From the NCBI RefSeq assembly GCF_041956535.1, contig NW_027192198.1, positions 248,743 through 312,742 on the forward strand: a stretch of DNA of 64,000 bases. The letters run 5' to 3'. The translations under genes were made by a program, and so were the position numbers. The notes below the pieces were generated by a model that was not told the DNA's origin, did not search any database, and was given only the letters and a program-made list of their open reading frames with translations. This DNA comes from Calcarisporiella thermophila CBS 279.70. Lineage: Eukaryota > Fungi > Calcarisporiellomycota. Shown piece after piece: positions 29,783-43,452 of the stretch; the stretch's first letter is position 1, and every line of letters starts with the position of its first letter.

Positions 29783-30276
29783 CTTGTTAGATTTTAACGT
29801 CCACACACGATCTCATCAGTTGAGCGAAATAACGAATAAAGATCGATTCTCTAAGCCACTCATCATATCCGATTTTTGGCCCCATCGGACTAGTCCCCCC
29901 TTTTCCTTCCTCCTCTCTTTCACATCTCTTCGAAGACAGAGTCTAAGAGCCAACACAAGAAGGTAGGTTAACCATGCATCCATCTTTCTTTGTTACTTTT
30001 CTGGATGGATACCACTTTTTTGCGTTGCTATGTCGTTCAAGAGATATAACTATGATAATGGGGGAAAAAGAATTTCTCGTTTGAGCATTGAGCAGATGAG
30101 AAATTCAGTTCTGTAACTTTGGAGACTGTACCTTCTATTCCTCTTTTATGAAGATCCAATGGAGGTGCAAGTGGATTCGGATTTCGGGGCTCTTTTTTTT
30201 TGCTTTCCATTATTTCCCTTTCTTAGATCGCCATTGGACATCTCTCTCTAATCTCTCTTTCGTGTTCCTTTTAGCA

Positions 30277-30553
30277 ATGGCCAAGTCCAAGAATCACACC
30301 AACCACAACCAGAGTAATTATTAGTTTTTTTTTTGGACAACATCTGAATTCTTGAAGATGGTGATTAATTTTTCTCGTTTTTTGGCTCTACATTTTAGAC
30401 CGTAAGGCTCACCGCAATGGTATCAAGAAGCCCCGCACAAACCGCCACCCCAGCTTGAAGGGTGTTGACCCCAAGTTCCTTCGCAACCAGCGCTTCGCCA
30501 AAAAAGGTTCGTTGGAGGCTGTCCGTGCTCAGCGCGCCGCTGCCACTGCTTAA
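30277..30553 (+). CDS. RPL29: 60S ribosomal protein eL29 (one coding intron, plus a probable 5'UTR intron at 29963-30274)
   Basis: [12 protein letters not shown]|[37 protein letters not shown]. Confidence 0.95.
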
Positions 30554-32481
30554 ATTCTTCTTTATTTGACAAATGTAAAATAAAAGAAGATTATGCCTAT
30601 TGCTCCTCTCTTTTCCTATACATTTTTGCTCTGCTTGTACTCTACGTACACGATGGTCCACCTTAATATTGAAAAGCGCAAAAAAAGATCGTTGAATACA
30701 GCGTAGACATCGCATCAAATATACATTCCACAATCCAATGAAGTTGCTTTAATAAGAAGATACCCAATTTGGGTATGATATGGAAATTAGATCTTGTTAC
30801 AGCAGAAAGGATGTCATTGTCTATTGTCTGATGGGCTCTGGTAGACTTATTGTGGATTAGGTGGGAGGAAGGGAGGAAAGAAAAGAGCGAGAAAACAGTT
30901 TGAGAATTTTGATTATATTAGGTAACCCATATGGGCTTCGCCAATTATAATGTCTTCTTTAATGTGCGATAGTACCATGGTTTTTGTTCCTCTTCCCTGC
31001 TTCTCCCTTTCCTACACCCTCTTGTATCGTTAAGACGTTTGATGTCTCTCATTCCATCGAACATCTTAACAATCAAGTACTGCTTATACAAATCTATATT
31101 CATTTACCCCACGTTTCGATTCGCCTCCGATGGCCTAATATAGTTCTTATGATATCGTTTAATGTTTAAATTTGCTTTGAGAACTCTAAAGATAGTAGTT
31201 ATGCGACACTGAATTAGAGTGTAAGTTCAGGCGCCTGATCACATTGCATTGGAAGTATGCCAAGATCAGTTAGCTGCCTATTCCGACTCGCCGGGCAATT
31301 TATTGCATAAGCCGAGTGAAAAAATGATGGATATCCAAGTACGAAGAATTGTGCCTTTCTTTCTTCCACGGGTTTCCAACGAAGCGTGATTCTATAGCGA
31401 CGTAAGCCTGAAACTAGAGACTTAAGCTATGCGTGCTTCCCAAGTCTCAACAGTGGTCTAACCAATTCCGCTTCATTGTTAGAGCGAAAAAGGCTCGATC
31501 TAGGCCCATTTGCCCGATTGCCTACAATTCCAGTCTCGATCCAGCTCTACAGATTGAGCCAAAATGTGACATAATGGAAGTAGAGGGTAGAACCTGTGCA
31601 AAATTGTTTTGCCTAAATTTTCAAAAGTGAGCTCCTTTGAAGAGTAATACAAAGAGATTATATTTGCTTAATTGCTATGTATGCATCTTTAATGTCACCG
31701 CCAACACCATTGCTGAGATAATATTAGAAGCAAATTGATATCTATTGATAGGGTAAAGAGTGCTGTGCGATAGATTCGCAGTTTCTATTATTGACTTAAG
31801 CTCATTGCAACCTCATGCCAAAACGTGTTCGCAATACCAGCAAGTCAATCCCAGTGCGACTAAGGGAAAAAGAGGGGAAATGGTGAAGAGAATACGCGAT
31901 GGTTCGTGTGAAACTTGATTTGCTTAGTCCCTGTCAAAACAGAAAGGTCAAACCTTTGTGTTGGGCTAAAGCACAAGCCAATTACTAGCTGGCCTAAGTG
32001 CTCCGCTGCCGGAGGACTGCCATCGCCTTTTAATTTACATGCTGCCCGTATGGAGAAAGGAGGCAGAGAGCCCGAAGAGCTTATTTACATTCAAGACAGT
32101 CCTTGCCTTGGAAGCAAGAACGTCCATGTGACAGGACTGTCATAACCTAAAGTCCAGTCAAACTTCATCACTCTACGCGGAACTTTACCCCAACGGAGAC
32201 CGGTATTGGCGAAATGATCACATGGCGCAGATAAAATATTAAAATCCATATAAATTTTTGGTCCCGCTTTTAGTAATAAATATTTTTTTGGTATTTTGGA
32301 TTTTCTTTTCCTCTTTCTCTCTCTTTGCTCATCCCCCTCTCGCCGGTCTAAGTGCTAGTCTTTGTGGTTCTATGTGTTTGCCCGCTGCTTAATTTGATTG
32401 AAGTATATTCATCTCATCTCTACAGATGACCTGCTTGCCTCGCCCCTTACTAATTCTTATCGCGTTACATACATTAGAGAA

Positions 32482-34014
32482 ATGTCGAATTTTAACTTGG
32501 TAGATTTTAGTACCGCTGTATCCTCATTCATCCCATCCCACCTCAAGAATAGCAGTAGTACGCGTTCCATAGTAGACGTGGAGCTAGCCGAATCGCATAT
32601 TCTTCCTCCCACAACAAAGCAGCCAACACGGGAGCTGCTTCAAAAGTCCCTCTGGTTGCTAGGACACAACCTCACCTCTTTCACGTCTGATGTGGTCTCG
32701 CATATTGTCGTAGGCCCAAAGCGACGCTCCTGGCCCCTCCTGCTTACCCTGTTCAATTCCTTCATGCGAAATGTGACCGCGCACTACCATCTTGCCAACC
32801 TAAAGCGAATGCGCCGCGCGGCTTGTTTCCCTGTATTAATGCCCCTATGGGACGTGATCATTACACCCGCGTCGTTTAAAGTCCGTCCGATCGGACTTCC
32901 CGGCATCCTTGCAGAAATGGACGCACAGGAAGATGGACGGGAAATCGATGCGGAATGGGTGGTGGATGGATCAGTATGGCGACAAGAAAGTCACTGCTTT
33001 TGTACGGCAGAGATAGTGGAGGATGGCCGGGGAAACCAGGAGAAGATTGTGCTCTACTTCCATGGGGGTGCCTATTATCTTATGTCCGCGAAGACCCACC
33101 GTGAGCTGGTGTCGCGCGTTTCCAAAGCGACGGGTCGCCGGGTGTTCTCGGTTGATTACCGCCTATCCCCAGAAAATCCATTTCCAAGTGCGCTACAGGA
33201 CGCCGTGCGTTCATTCTTCTATTTGATTGACACCAAGGGAGGGCCCGGATTTAAACCGCAAAACATTACAGTTATGGGTGATTCGGCCGGTGGGAACCTG
33301 GCTCTGACCATGATGTTATATCTACGCGATCAAGGCTTCCCGCTCCCTGAAGCATGCGTCCTGTTCTCGGTAAGCTAAACTATTCTACTCGACGATTGGT
33401 TTCAGGATCTTGTGCTCTAACAATGCTATCTCTTTTTATAGCCTTGGGTCGATCTTTCTATGTCTTTTCCGAGTTGGGACACCAACAGCGAGTACGATTA
33501 TCTTCCCAAGCCCAAACCTGACGATCCGCTTAATCCCATGATCCTCTACTTGCACTCCACACGCTATTCTCCGCGTCACCCCTACGTCTCCCCCCTCTTC
33601 CACAGCAATCTCTCGGGGCTACCTCCCGTCCTAATCCAGTGCGGCGATGCTGAGGTGCTTCGTGATGAGATTGTGGCTCTAGCGCGCAAATTCCACGAGA
33701 AATCCAACACGTTTTTTGTGTTTGAAAAGTACGATGACATGATTCACGTGTTCCATGGTTTTCCGTTCTTGGAGGCAACCCGCAAGGCGCTCGAGAGCGT
33801 GGGCCACTTCACGCGCTTCTCCGTGCCTGCTTATTATTTTGCCAAGGGCAAATACTTGCCCCATTCGAACCGCCCAAGCATGGGGGCTGCAACCGGAAAG
33901 GCAGTGACAACCGACATGATCCCGACGGAAAAGTGCGCTCCGAAGCGTCCGGCACTACGATCTTCGCACTCGCAGCCCAATTTGCATCGGATTATGGGGT
34001 TTAGTGGGCTTTAA
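32482..34014 (+). CDS. Alpha/beta-hydrolase-3 (HSL-family) lipase/esterase, 2 exons; start uncertain
   Basis: LYFHGGAY, VDYRLSPENPFPSALQD, GDSAGGNL, FS|PWVD, GDAEVLRD, MIHVF. Confidence 0.88.
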
Positions 34015-34776
34015 TGGACACGGGCAAAGACAAGCATATGTAATGTTGTTGTTTTTTTCTCTTGGAATATCCTCCCCCCCCCTCTCTCTCATCCCTTTAG
34101 CTTGTTTTATTCATTTTTTTTTCTTCTCTAAAACTGAAAACACTTCTAAATTTAGTAGATAATGTAGTTTAGGTTTAGAACATCTCTTAATATAATACAC
34201 TTTTAAGCCCTTTCTTTTCTCATTACAACCATTTTCTATTTACTCCCTGGTTTTACATTTTTTTTTGTTTGCCTAGATATGATGGGCCAATATTTATATG
34301 CTCCATTTTTGTATCAAATTAAAATAATAAATACCGAATTTTGAAGAATTGCTCTGGAGATGGTGAGAGGAAATTAAAAAACCTGTAAGGAGGCAAAAAT
34401 AGCGGAGCTTGTTTTTTCCACTTGGTAGTCGCCAGACTTTCATAGAAGTTATACTGTAATAATTTTCGTCAACCTTATTTTGCAATCAGCTGCAGATTGC
34501 GACCGATGCAGCCTCTGTCCACAACACATCAGATGCAGGGTAAGCTTATGCCGCTGGTTGATATTCAGCATGCTTGCATCGAGAGAACAGTTTGTTCCGT
34601 AACTGCATGCTCCGAGATATTTCATCAAAGACAATTAATTCCATATTCATATGCATGGGATAAACAAACAGGCCGGTAATGCGAGCGCGGAAAAAAAATG
34701 GAATAGGGGAATAGATGTGGCAATAGTGGTAGGAGTAGTAATGGAATATGGAGAATACGACAGAATGAATAATAAA

Positions 34777-36492
34777 TCAAGGCTTAAAGCACAGAGTAAC
34801 ACTGGTAATCAAAGCTAACACCATAACGAGGAGCGCACTCACTCGATCCCCCATCCAGAAAAAGGCCCTGGCCAGATCGCCCATCACGCCACCCATACCC
34901 TCTCTTGTCGCTCGGATTTCCTTATTATCGATAAGATCGAAGGGGAGTTTTGCTCCCATTGCCTCCGCAATTCTCATGCCCGATATAAACCCATCTTCAT
35001 GGAAGCCATAGCATGTCCATGCGCCCGCAAACCATGCCAAGTTCTTGCCCTGGATGGTGTGAAGTTCGTTCTGGGCCTTTATGAGCACAGGGGTGTACTC
35101 TGGATGGGTATACTCGAAGGAGGCAAAAGTCAGTGCTGGCTCCGGTGGAGAGAGAGGATTAAGCGTAACAAAAATTTCTATGTCATGGGGAATATAGCGC
35201 TGAAGATTGTTCATCCAATACGTGCTAGTGCATATCAGGCGCAATTAGCTACGGCATGTTAATGCAACAAAGGAAAAGAGAGAGACACCTACAGTGAAAC
35301 CTGGCCGACATTTTTGGATGTAGTGGTTGATCGGGTCAAATAATTCCAGGAGGTCCAGGCCAACCTTCGGGTTGGCATATACTAGCAAGTAGGATGGTTA
35401 GGAAAAGGGAACGCGGCGGCAGAATAACACAGGAATATACTTTTTTATCGCAGTGCACCACGGCAACGTTCTTTGAGAACCTAATGCCGCCCAGCACGGC
35501 ACGCTCCTCCTTCGTTGCGTCCTCGCCCAACATTGACAGTGTCTCGTCTGCATGGCTTGCAAACACCACCTGATCATATTCGTCACTCCCCCCCTTCGCG
35601 TCTTGCACCACCACCTTTCCTTTTTGGCGACGTATGCAGGTCACCGGGGTGGAGAGACGGATGTCGTCCACTTTTTCGATCATTTTGGATATATAGCTTC
35701 GACTATTTTAGTAGTAGGATACCAGTTAGTTAGAGTGTGAAAACCAGCAGGCAATGCCGACGCAAACCTTCCGTTCCTGACGGTGTACCACTGTGGCCTG
35801 TTGGCCACCTGCATTAGGCAGTGGTTGTGCATGAAGCGAATAAGGGTGTATGCCGGGAAATCCATAGCGCATTTATCTGGAGGAGTGGACCAAATGGCGG
35901 CCGTCATAGGCTACGGACACAGAGGTATCAGCGGTGAGAAGATTGTTAAATATTCCAATGGAAGGAAAGACATTACCAGCAGGTAGTCATCTTTAAATTC
36001 TTGTGAATAGCCTCCCCGTTCCAGAAATGCCCCTAGTGAGATTTCGCGATCTGGATGTCCCTCGGGGAGGGTCAATATGAGCGGGGCGCAGTGATTGAAC
36101 TTCAGAATATCGTATACCATGCGCCAGTGCCCAGGTCTAAATAGATTGCTCAGTTGTGCAAACACCGTCGCTAGGTTGGTTCCTGCCCATTCAAATCGGC
36201 CCGAATCGCGTGAGACGGAGAAAGACATCTCGCTATCCATGAAATCAACGTTCTTGAGCTTGAAGAAACGGATAAGATTCGGATAGGTGAGGGAATTAAA
36301 GACGATAAATCCCGTGTCAACGGGAACAGTACGAGATTTGTCGCCGGTGGGGGAAGTGTAGTCAATAGTATGGGTATGCCCACCGAGGTAATCATTCTTC
36401 TCGTAGAGCGTTACTTGATGAGGCGAGTGCTCGGCGAGAAGCCAGGCGGCAGAGAGCCCTGATATTCCGGATCCCACTATTGCGATTTTCAT
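34777..36492 (-). CDS. COG2907-type FAD/NAD(P)-binding oxidoreductase (amine-oxidase fold), about 5 exons, C-terminal hydrophobic segment
   Basis: MKIAIVGSGISGLSAAWLL..VTLYEK..LGGHTHT..VPVDTGFIVFNSLTYPNL; PMTAAIWS; FMHNHCL; YTHP; WFAGAW.CYGFHEDG. Confidence 0.88.
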
Positions 36493-36894
36493 GATGCGCG
36501 GATTCTGGTCAAGAGGGGGGAACTTGGATTTGGAAATGCTCTGCGAAAAAGACTCGAGCAGGAATGCGGCTCGCGGGTTAAATAGAACAGGGAAGAGGGT
36601 TGAGCGGTGGGGCAGTCTAGGATTTTCTATTCGCTCTCGATTGATCAAGCCCGATGGAATCTTATTTGGATGGAGGCCGTCTCCGCGCATCGTCAATTAA
36701 TCGTTCCTGTTTGAGATCACCAGTCACAGGCTCAATGCATACCCGCCCGCCCCGACTTTGTTCCCGCGCGAAATCCTCTCGATAATGAAGCCCGAGTGCA
36801 TATAAATTAAAATCCTCGCCGGATCCCCCCCTTTGCAACGCACGTCATTCTTGCGCCCGAATTATCCTCTTCCCCCCTTCCCAAATCCCACCCC

Positions 36895-38275
36895 ATGTCC
36901 GCCATATCGCCCCCCTGGTATGAATCCCTGCTTGACAAGGGGATTGTTCCCGACTTCCTCATGCGCCGTGTGGTGCGCTATCTCCTTCGCGAGCGCCTCT
37001 CGGAGATAGGCCACTCCACCACGGAGAAGCAGATTGCAGAGAAGATGGCGTATGTGGAGCGCTTACGCGAACGGCCCATTGCTGAGCATACCGACAAAGC
37101 AAATGAACAGCACTACGAGGTGTCGACCGAATTCATGAAGCTATCCCTTGGAGAACGAATGAAGTATTCATGTTGCTACTTCCCCAAAGGTCCTTCTGGC
37201 TCAAGTGGCTTGGGAAATCTTATCCAATTGCTCATCCTCTCTCTTCTTAATTCAGGAGTGACTTCGCTAAATGAAGCAGAAAATCTCATGCTTGACTTGT
37301 ACTGCCAGCGAGCACAGGTCGAGGATGGAATGTCCATTCTGGATCTTGGGTGCGGATGGGGCAGCTTATGTCTCTATCTATGTGAGGTATATATCGTTTT
37401 GGGACTTTTATAGCACTTGTCAGCACTTCTAATTTTAATATATAACAGAAATTCCCGAAAGCCAACATCACCGCTCTCTCCAACTCTTCCACCCAACGGC
37501 AATACATTGAAAACGAGGCTCGCCAACGTGGATTCAAGAATCTTAAGGTGATAACTGCGGATGTGAAAACGCACGACTTTGATATCAAAGAGCAGTACGT
37601 GTCCTCTCGAGGGTGACTTTTTCATCATTTGCTCACGCTGTTGTATCCTTTACGTTAGATTCGATCGTGTTATCAGCATTGAGATGTTCGAACATATGAA
37701 AAACTATGACTTTTTACTACAGAAAACCTCGACTTGGATTCGGCCGGGTGGGCTTTTATTCGTCCACATTTTCTGCCATAAACAAAATCCGGTAAGAAAC
37801 ATGGGACTTATTCTTTTATTGAGCACTATTTCTATATCTTGGGTATTCTCTTTTTCAGTATGATTTTATCGAAAGCGATGGTTGGATGTCTCGATATTTC
37901 TTCACCGGTAAGCGCATTTCAGAACTATACGATTGAACTCCCCTCTTTAATCCTCTTCTGGCCCTTCAACCAGGTGGGACTATGCCGTCTGCCGATCTCC
38001 TGCTCTTCTTTTCTCAGCCTTCGCTTCAATTCCGACGCTACTGGTACTTATCCGGCGAGCATTATGCAAAGACAAGTGAGGCTTGGCTTCGTAATATGGA
38101 TGCACGTAAGCGTGAGATGATCCCCTATCTGGAGGAGACTTACGGCAAAGGCAATGCCGCAGAAATCTGGTTCCAGCGGTGGAGAGTATTTTATATCGCA
38201 GTGGCCGAAATGTTCGCGTACGAAGGAGGGAATGAATGGGGAGTTGCCCATTACCTGTTCGAGAAGTCGAAGTAA
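36895..38275 (+). CDS. SAM-dependent methyltransferase of the CFA-synthase/CMAS family (coclaurine N-methyltransferase-like branch), about 6 exons
   Basis: IAEHTDKANEQHYEV..FMKLSLGERMKYSCCYFP; ILDLGCGWGSL; FDRVISIEMFEHMKNY; LFVHIFCH; WMSRYFFTGGTMPS; HYAKTSEAWL; WGVAHYLF. Confidence 0.9.
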
Positions 38276-38675
38276 TTATCACACTCATGTCTCGCATTGA
38301 TAGTGGCTTTTGATTATAATTACGATTTCGCGGTCTTAATGATAATTATGGTACTACTACTCCCCCCTAACTCCATTGCATCATGCATTCTTCTGGTTCG
38401 TGTTCTTTACAACGCATCTTTATTTTGTCATGTCAATAAAAAAGGAAAAAAAAAGAAAAATATCATGTGATAAAATTGAGCATAAAAACATGCAGGCAAG
38501 AGGTTAAAAGATTGATTCAGCGTCATAATTCGGCTTAGAATACAAAAAAAAAAGGATGAGAAAATAGTATGAGAAAGAGAAACAAACAAACAAACAAAAC
38601 AAAAGCGTATTATTTCATATAAAATAATAACAGAGGTCTAGAAGAAATTAAAGCGAGAAAAAGGAAAATAAGATC

Positions 38676-41503
38676 CTATGTATCGTACCCATACACAGAG
38701 GCATGATATTCGCGATCCGAAGGGGGTCGGGGCTGTGCGGTGGCTAGAGGTGGAGATTGCGCTGGTGAAAAGCCACCGGCGGCTCCGATGGCATCTGGGT
38801 CGGAGATTTCCAGCAGCTGGTCGATTGTTCGCGCCAGATTACCGTGATTGGAGTGGAGGACGGCCTCGCACACCTCGGCATCTACATTCGGAAACATGGC
38901 CTCAAGTGTGCGTAGAGCCTGTTCCTGCTGAACCACTGGCAACATGGGAGTCCGAATATGGGTCGTGGTGTGGGGGGGTTGGGTTGGTGGACGGTGAGGT
39001 GGGGTCGGGTGAGGTCTATGATACAATGCCCCTCCAGGGTTGTATGTGTTGTATCCCTGCTGAAAATCGGGTTGTCGCCATCCCATTTGCGCGGGATGCT
39101 CTTGTCTGGAATGAGAAGTAGGCGGCCCATACACATGAGAAGGATAGGGTCTATAGGCCTCACTCATTGCATTATCTTCTGCGTGCCGCGAATAATAGAG
39201 CTCCGCAGGATAATGGTGATCTGCAGTGGCCGAGGAAATGGCTTGCTGGGCATTCGAGATGGCTGAGAAAGTGCCGGCGGGGTGTGGTGCGGGAGTTGCA
39301 GGGGCAGATATAGCTTGCCGATGGGAAGACCGATCGCTTCCCCTCCTATGTGGTGTTATAGTCCCGCTACCTCCAGATCCCTCCGAATTTGTTTCGCCTT
39401 CAGAGCCGATATCTGAGAAAATTTTCCCAACGAGATTAAACGGCTTCTGGATGGTTTTTTGTGCATTGTTTAGCCCACGCTCGAGGAAAGCAGCCGCCTT
39501 GGCGGGGTTGATTAAGGGCCCACGGTCCAATGTGGAGCGGCGTGCATGTGGGTGGATCGCATCCTCATAGTTGAGCTTTCCACCATTATTTTCGGGCTGC
39601 GGCCGTTCCTTTTCCAATTCTTTGACCGTCTCCTCAATATTTCTGTAGTCGTACGAAACGGTAAAGTTAGCAACGGTCTCACCATAGCAAATCGTAGGTG
39701 TTACTAATATCTGAGAAATTTACCGATCAAACTCCTCCGGTGAGATGGAGAGAGAACTGGCGTCCATATTTTCAATAAAGGATATTGCTCCCATCTAATG
39801 AAGATGCTCTATCAATTTCAGCAGTTTGACGATTTCAGGGGAATATCAACTTACAAGGTTGGTGAGGTAATAACCTGCTTCCGATTGCAACTGTTCAGGG
39901 TTCCTGAACCTAGAGATAAACTGCACGTTCGAAATCAGCTGCGGCGGATTGGCTTTTAGCACAACATAGATGAGAATAGGAAGAAACTTGTCGGCTCCAG
40001 CATCGCCCTCCACGTGTTTGATCAAACCTAGAATCCAGCATCGGCGTTACAAATGAATCATCACATGGGATAGTCAGGAGAGCCAGAAATTTGGGATACT
40101 CACCAAAGATAACTTTACAACAATTCAATATACAAATAAGTTTGTCACGAGGTGCTTTAAAGTGGTTAATTTTGAGAAGCTCAGCCACAGCAAAGTTGAG
40201 GAAGGATTCGTTGTGAGGCGTAATGGGAATATCGAGATGCGTTTCATTGATCCAGCGAAAGATGGCAATTTTCTGGCTAAGAACCTCATCGCGCTCCTTA
40301 TCATCCGTAGTTTGGGGACAGAAGGTCCTTTGGTATAAAGAGGCGTCATTATCTCATTCCACAACTATAGTGAAGGATGCTTTAACATACCGGTGGTAGA
40401 GCCGGTTCATCACCAACTTTTCCATGCCCTCGTTGGCATTTTCAATCTCCTGCTCATCGGCGTTGCGCCATAGTTCGCACTCGGTAATTTTCCCTGACAT
40501 AAACTATAAACATGAATGGAAAATTATTAAATAGTTTGCCTTCTGATATCATGTTTAGTTCAACGAAGCTACATCTAGAAACTCGCGAATGATCTGTATT
40601 TGCTCATTGACAGTCCATGGTTTTCTCTCAAATTCTCTCAAGAATCTATCCGTCAGTAAGGCAAAAGGAGTGAGCATATTTCAAAGTGATACACAGCATT
40701 CTGCCGAGCTGAAAAGCAGAAAAAAAATATAGAATTGTGTACCGTTTAAAATATCGCGTCAACGGTGTAGCACTGCGATGTCGCAACTGTTCTAGGAACG
40801 CATTGAAGTCAAAGGATTTTGGAACTGGAGAATCACTGTTATAGCGAATGGAAGCAGACGTAATTGGGTCAGGGGTTGGAGACTTGCTAGGCTGCGGAAG
40901 TTCACTCTCTTGTTCAACTGGTTCAAATTCCTCTACTGGTATAAGCGTATTAGACAAGGATTCGTTGGTTGATGAATCGGTACCGGAGTTCGGCATTTTA
41001 ACATTTTCCATCACAGATTTGACCTCTACTGTAATGATGGATGAGAGAATTGGACATTAATATTAGAATTCTGATAATTAATTCACAAGAATGGAAAATT
41101 AATAGAATTATTTACCACCATTTTGCCCATTTCCATCCGAGGTTGCCAATGGGTCAAACTGCAATATTATACTTTCCAGTGCTGGATCATACGAGAATCT
41201 CTTCGCCCGACGTGTATCTTTCTCTTGCGCTGTCTCCTCATTTCTTATCGTATCGGTGCTTAGCTGCAGCATTGCCGCGTTCTGGTTTGATAGAGGATCC
41301 GATGCGGTAGATTTCTCCTGCTGACGGAGTAATGAAAACTTAGGACCTGCTTCCATCATCTCCTTACGCGCTTCATCTTTGTGTTCGGTATGTTTGGCCT
41401 CATTCTCTGCCAAATTTAGGGTATCACGAAGTGAATCGGACAGATCGTTTTCCACCCTGTTGGCTTCTGATGCTTCTGTTAATGTGAGATCTCTACTCTC
41501 CAT
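38676..41503 (-). CDS. VPS9: Rab5 GEF Vps9 with a C-terminal CUE domain, multi-exon
   Basis: [23 protein letters not shown]; [26 protein letters not shown]; [19 protein letters not shown]; EAGYYLTNL; [28 protein letters not shown]. Confidence 0.93.
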
Positions 41504-41648
41504 TTCTTAAAGATATACGGCCAACTGCATTACAAAGAAGTCCCCGCAACGATGGTGATATAAATAAGAGAATAATACACCAGAAATAACCAAAAAAAAA
41601 TCTTATAAAGTGGAAAGAAAAGTAGCTGTGTTCAAATTTTGACAAGAT

Positions 41649-41688
41649 CTTATCCTCTTATCCTCTTATCCTCTTATTCCCTCTTACA
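41649..41688 (+). repeat. Short tandem repeat (CTTATCCT-type unit, about 4 copies) in the VPS9/ATP20 intergenic region
   Basis: cttatcctcttatcctcttatcctcttattccctctta read directly. Confidence 0.7.
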
Positions 41689-42011
41689 CTTGGCCCTTTA
41701 ATAACAAGCCACCTATGTAAAACTAGCGGGTTTCGAAATTTGGGCTATATATTACTGATGGCCCTAAAGGTTAGTGCAAAGCGCAACAAGGCAGAAGAGG
41801 GAAGATATGAACTCTATCAGTTAAATGGACTTCGTTTGTGATAGAAACGCATCCTATATGGTATCGGGTCAGATCTAGTAAAATAGTGGCCTATCTCTTT
41901 TATTATCAGAAGCAAAGTGGATGAATATAATGAAAACTAAGCCACGCATCTTCCTATTTCTTTCTCATATTAAAAAAGATGTTATCGCAGAAATAACTTA
42001 GAAGAAATAAA

Positions 42012-42511
42012 ATGTCCGCCAATCTTCTAAGAGCCTCTCGAAATAACTTCATATATGGACATCGATATGATAGTACAATGAATTCTTCCAAACTGGCGGA
42101 CACTGTGTCTAAAGCGTCTAAAGCAAGTCAGGGGCTACTCTCCAAAATCTTTGGTAAATTGCAAAAACACTAATTGTTCCGTTACGATCCCGAGTCTAAA
42201 TATTCTCATGCCCATTTGAAGCAATGAAAAACCCCATTGTCTATAATGCCATGGTTGTCAAAGAACTAGCTAAGGAAGTTTATGTGCGCGAGGGAATGGC
42301 ATTCCCTTCCTCTGCACAATGGGCTCAAGCAAAAGAGGCTATGTCAAAAGCTCTGAATTTCAACTATCTTAAGAAATTAAGCATCCAGGATGTAACCAAG
42401 ACTGCCTTGTATTCAGTGGAAGTTTCTGGATTCTTCATTATCGGGGAGGTGATTGGTAGAAGGAATTTAATTGGTTACAACACTCCCTCTACGAAAGAAA
42501 CCCATCTCTAA
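42012..42511 (+). CDS. ATP20: Mitochondrial ATP synthase subunit g (2 exons)
   Basis: PIVYNAMVVKELAKEVYVREGMAFPS...EVSGFFIIGEVIGRRNLIGY. Confidence 0.9.
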
Positions 42512-42689
42512 TTATCATATGTAGAGCCTTCGACAAAACTCAAGGTTGCTGCTTTACAAGTATTTCCTGAATACAAACATTGCCATTCGGTAAAGTGATT
42601 ATAAAGGTGATTTTATTGTAGAATATTCTATATTATATTACATCAGTTCTATTTTTGTGTACCCTATAACTTGGAACGAAGACGCATAC

Positions 42690-43144
42690 TTATTGAGTGG
42701 CCTAAAGAGAAGTGTCAAATGAGTTCATCAGGTCTTTTGATTGGATCAATAAAATTATACACACCTCTTTAAGATATGCGACAACATCGGCACGATCCTT
42801 CTCCTTCTTGAATCCGGCAAAGGCTGCAAGCAAAAGAGAGCATTTAGCGTAATCTATTTACTATCAAAAGTTCAAAAGGTTAAAGCTCGCTTCTTACCCA
42901 TTTTGGTACCGGGAATGTATTTTTTGGGATTAATAAGATATTCCATCAATGTTTCCTCGCTCCACTTGATGGCAGCATTCTTATTGGCATCGGTATAGGA
43001 ATATCCTTGAGCAGTTCCCGATTGGCGACCGAAAATGCCGTGGAGATTAGGACCGACTTTATGAGCGCCACCGGATTCTACTGTGTGGCACTGAGCACAA
43101 CGAGTCTTGAAAAGTTTGGCACCAGCAGCAGCGTCACCAGCCAT
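42690..43144 (-). CDS. CYC1: Cytochrome c (3 exons)
   Basis: [44 protein letters not shown]|[20 protein letters not shown]|ATQ*. Confidence 0.97.
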
Positions 43145-43452
43145 ATCTAGTGTTTGGAGACTTTTGATGAAAAATATACGGAAGAGGAGATGCTACCCTT
43201 CTGAAAAATTTTTTTTCTGGTTTTTATATTAAATATTTTTGATCGGAGGAATTAGGAATCAGAGTCATTTGGGACAGTCAATAGAATTTTGTGGCTTGTA
43301 TATTTTGCAGTCACAATGTCACATTTGTTAGCCTTCAATAGTCCATTTGTAAAGTTCTCATAATCGCCCCCACCATTTGCATGAACGCCTGCGTGATTTC
43401 CGAGCTCGCACTGTCAAAATATAAGCTCGGATATCCAAGTTATTCTTAAACG

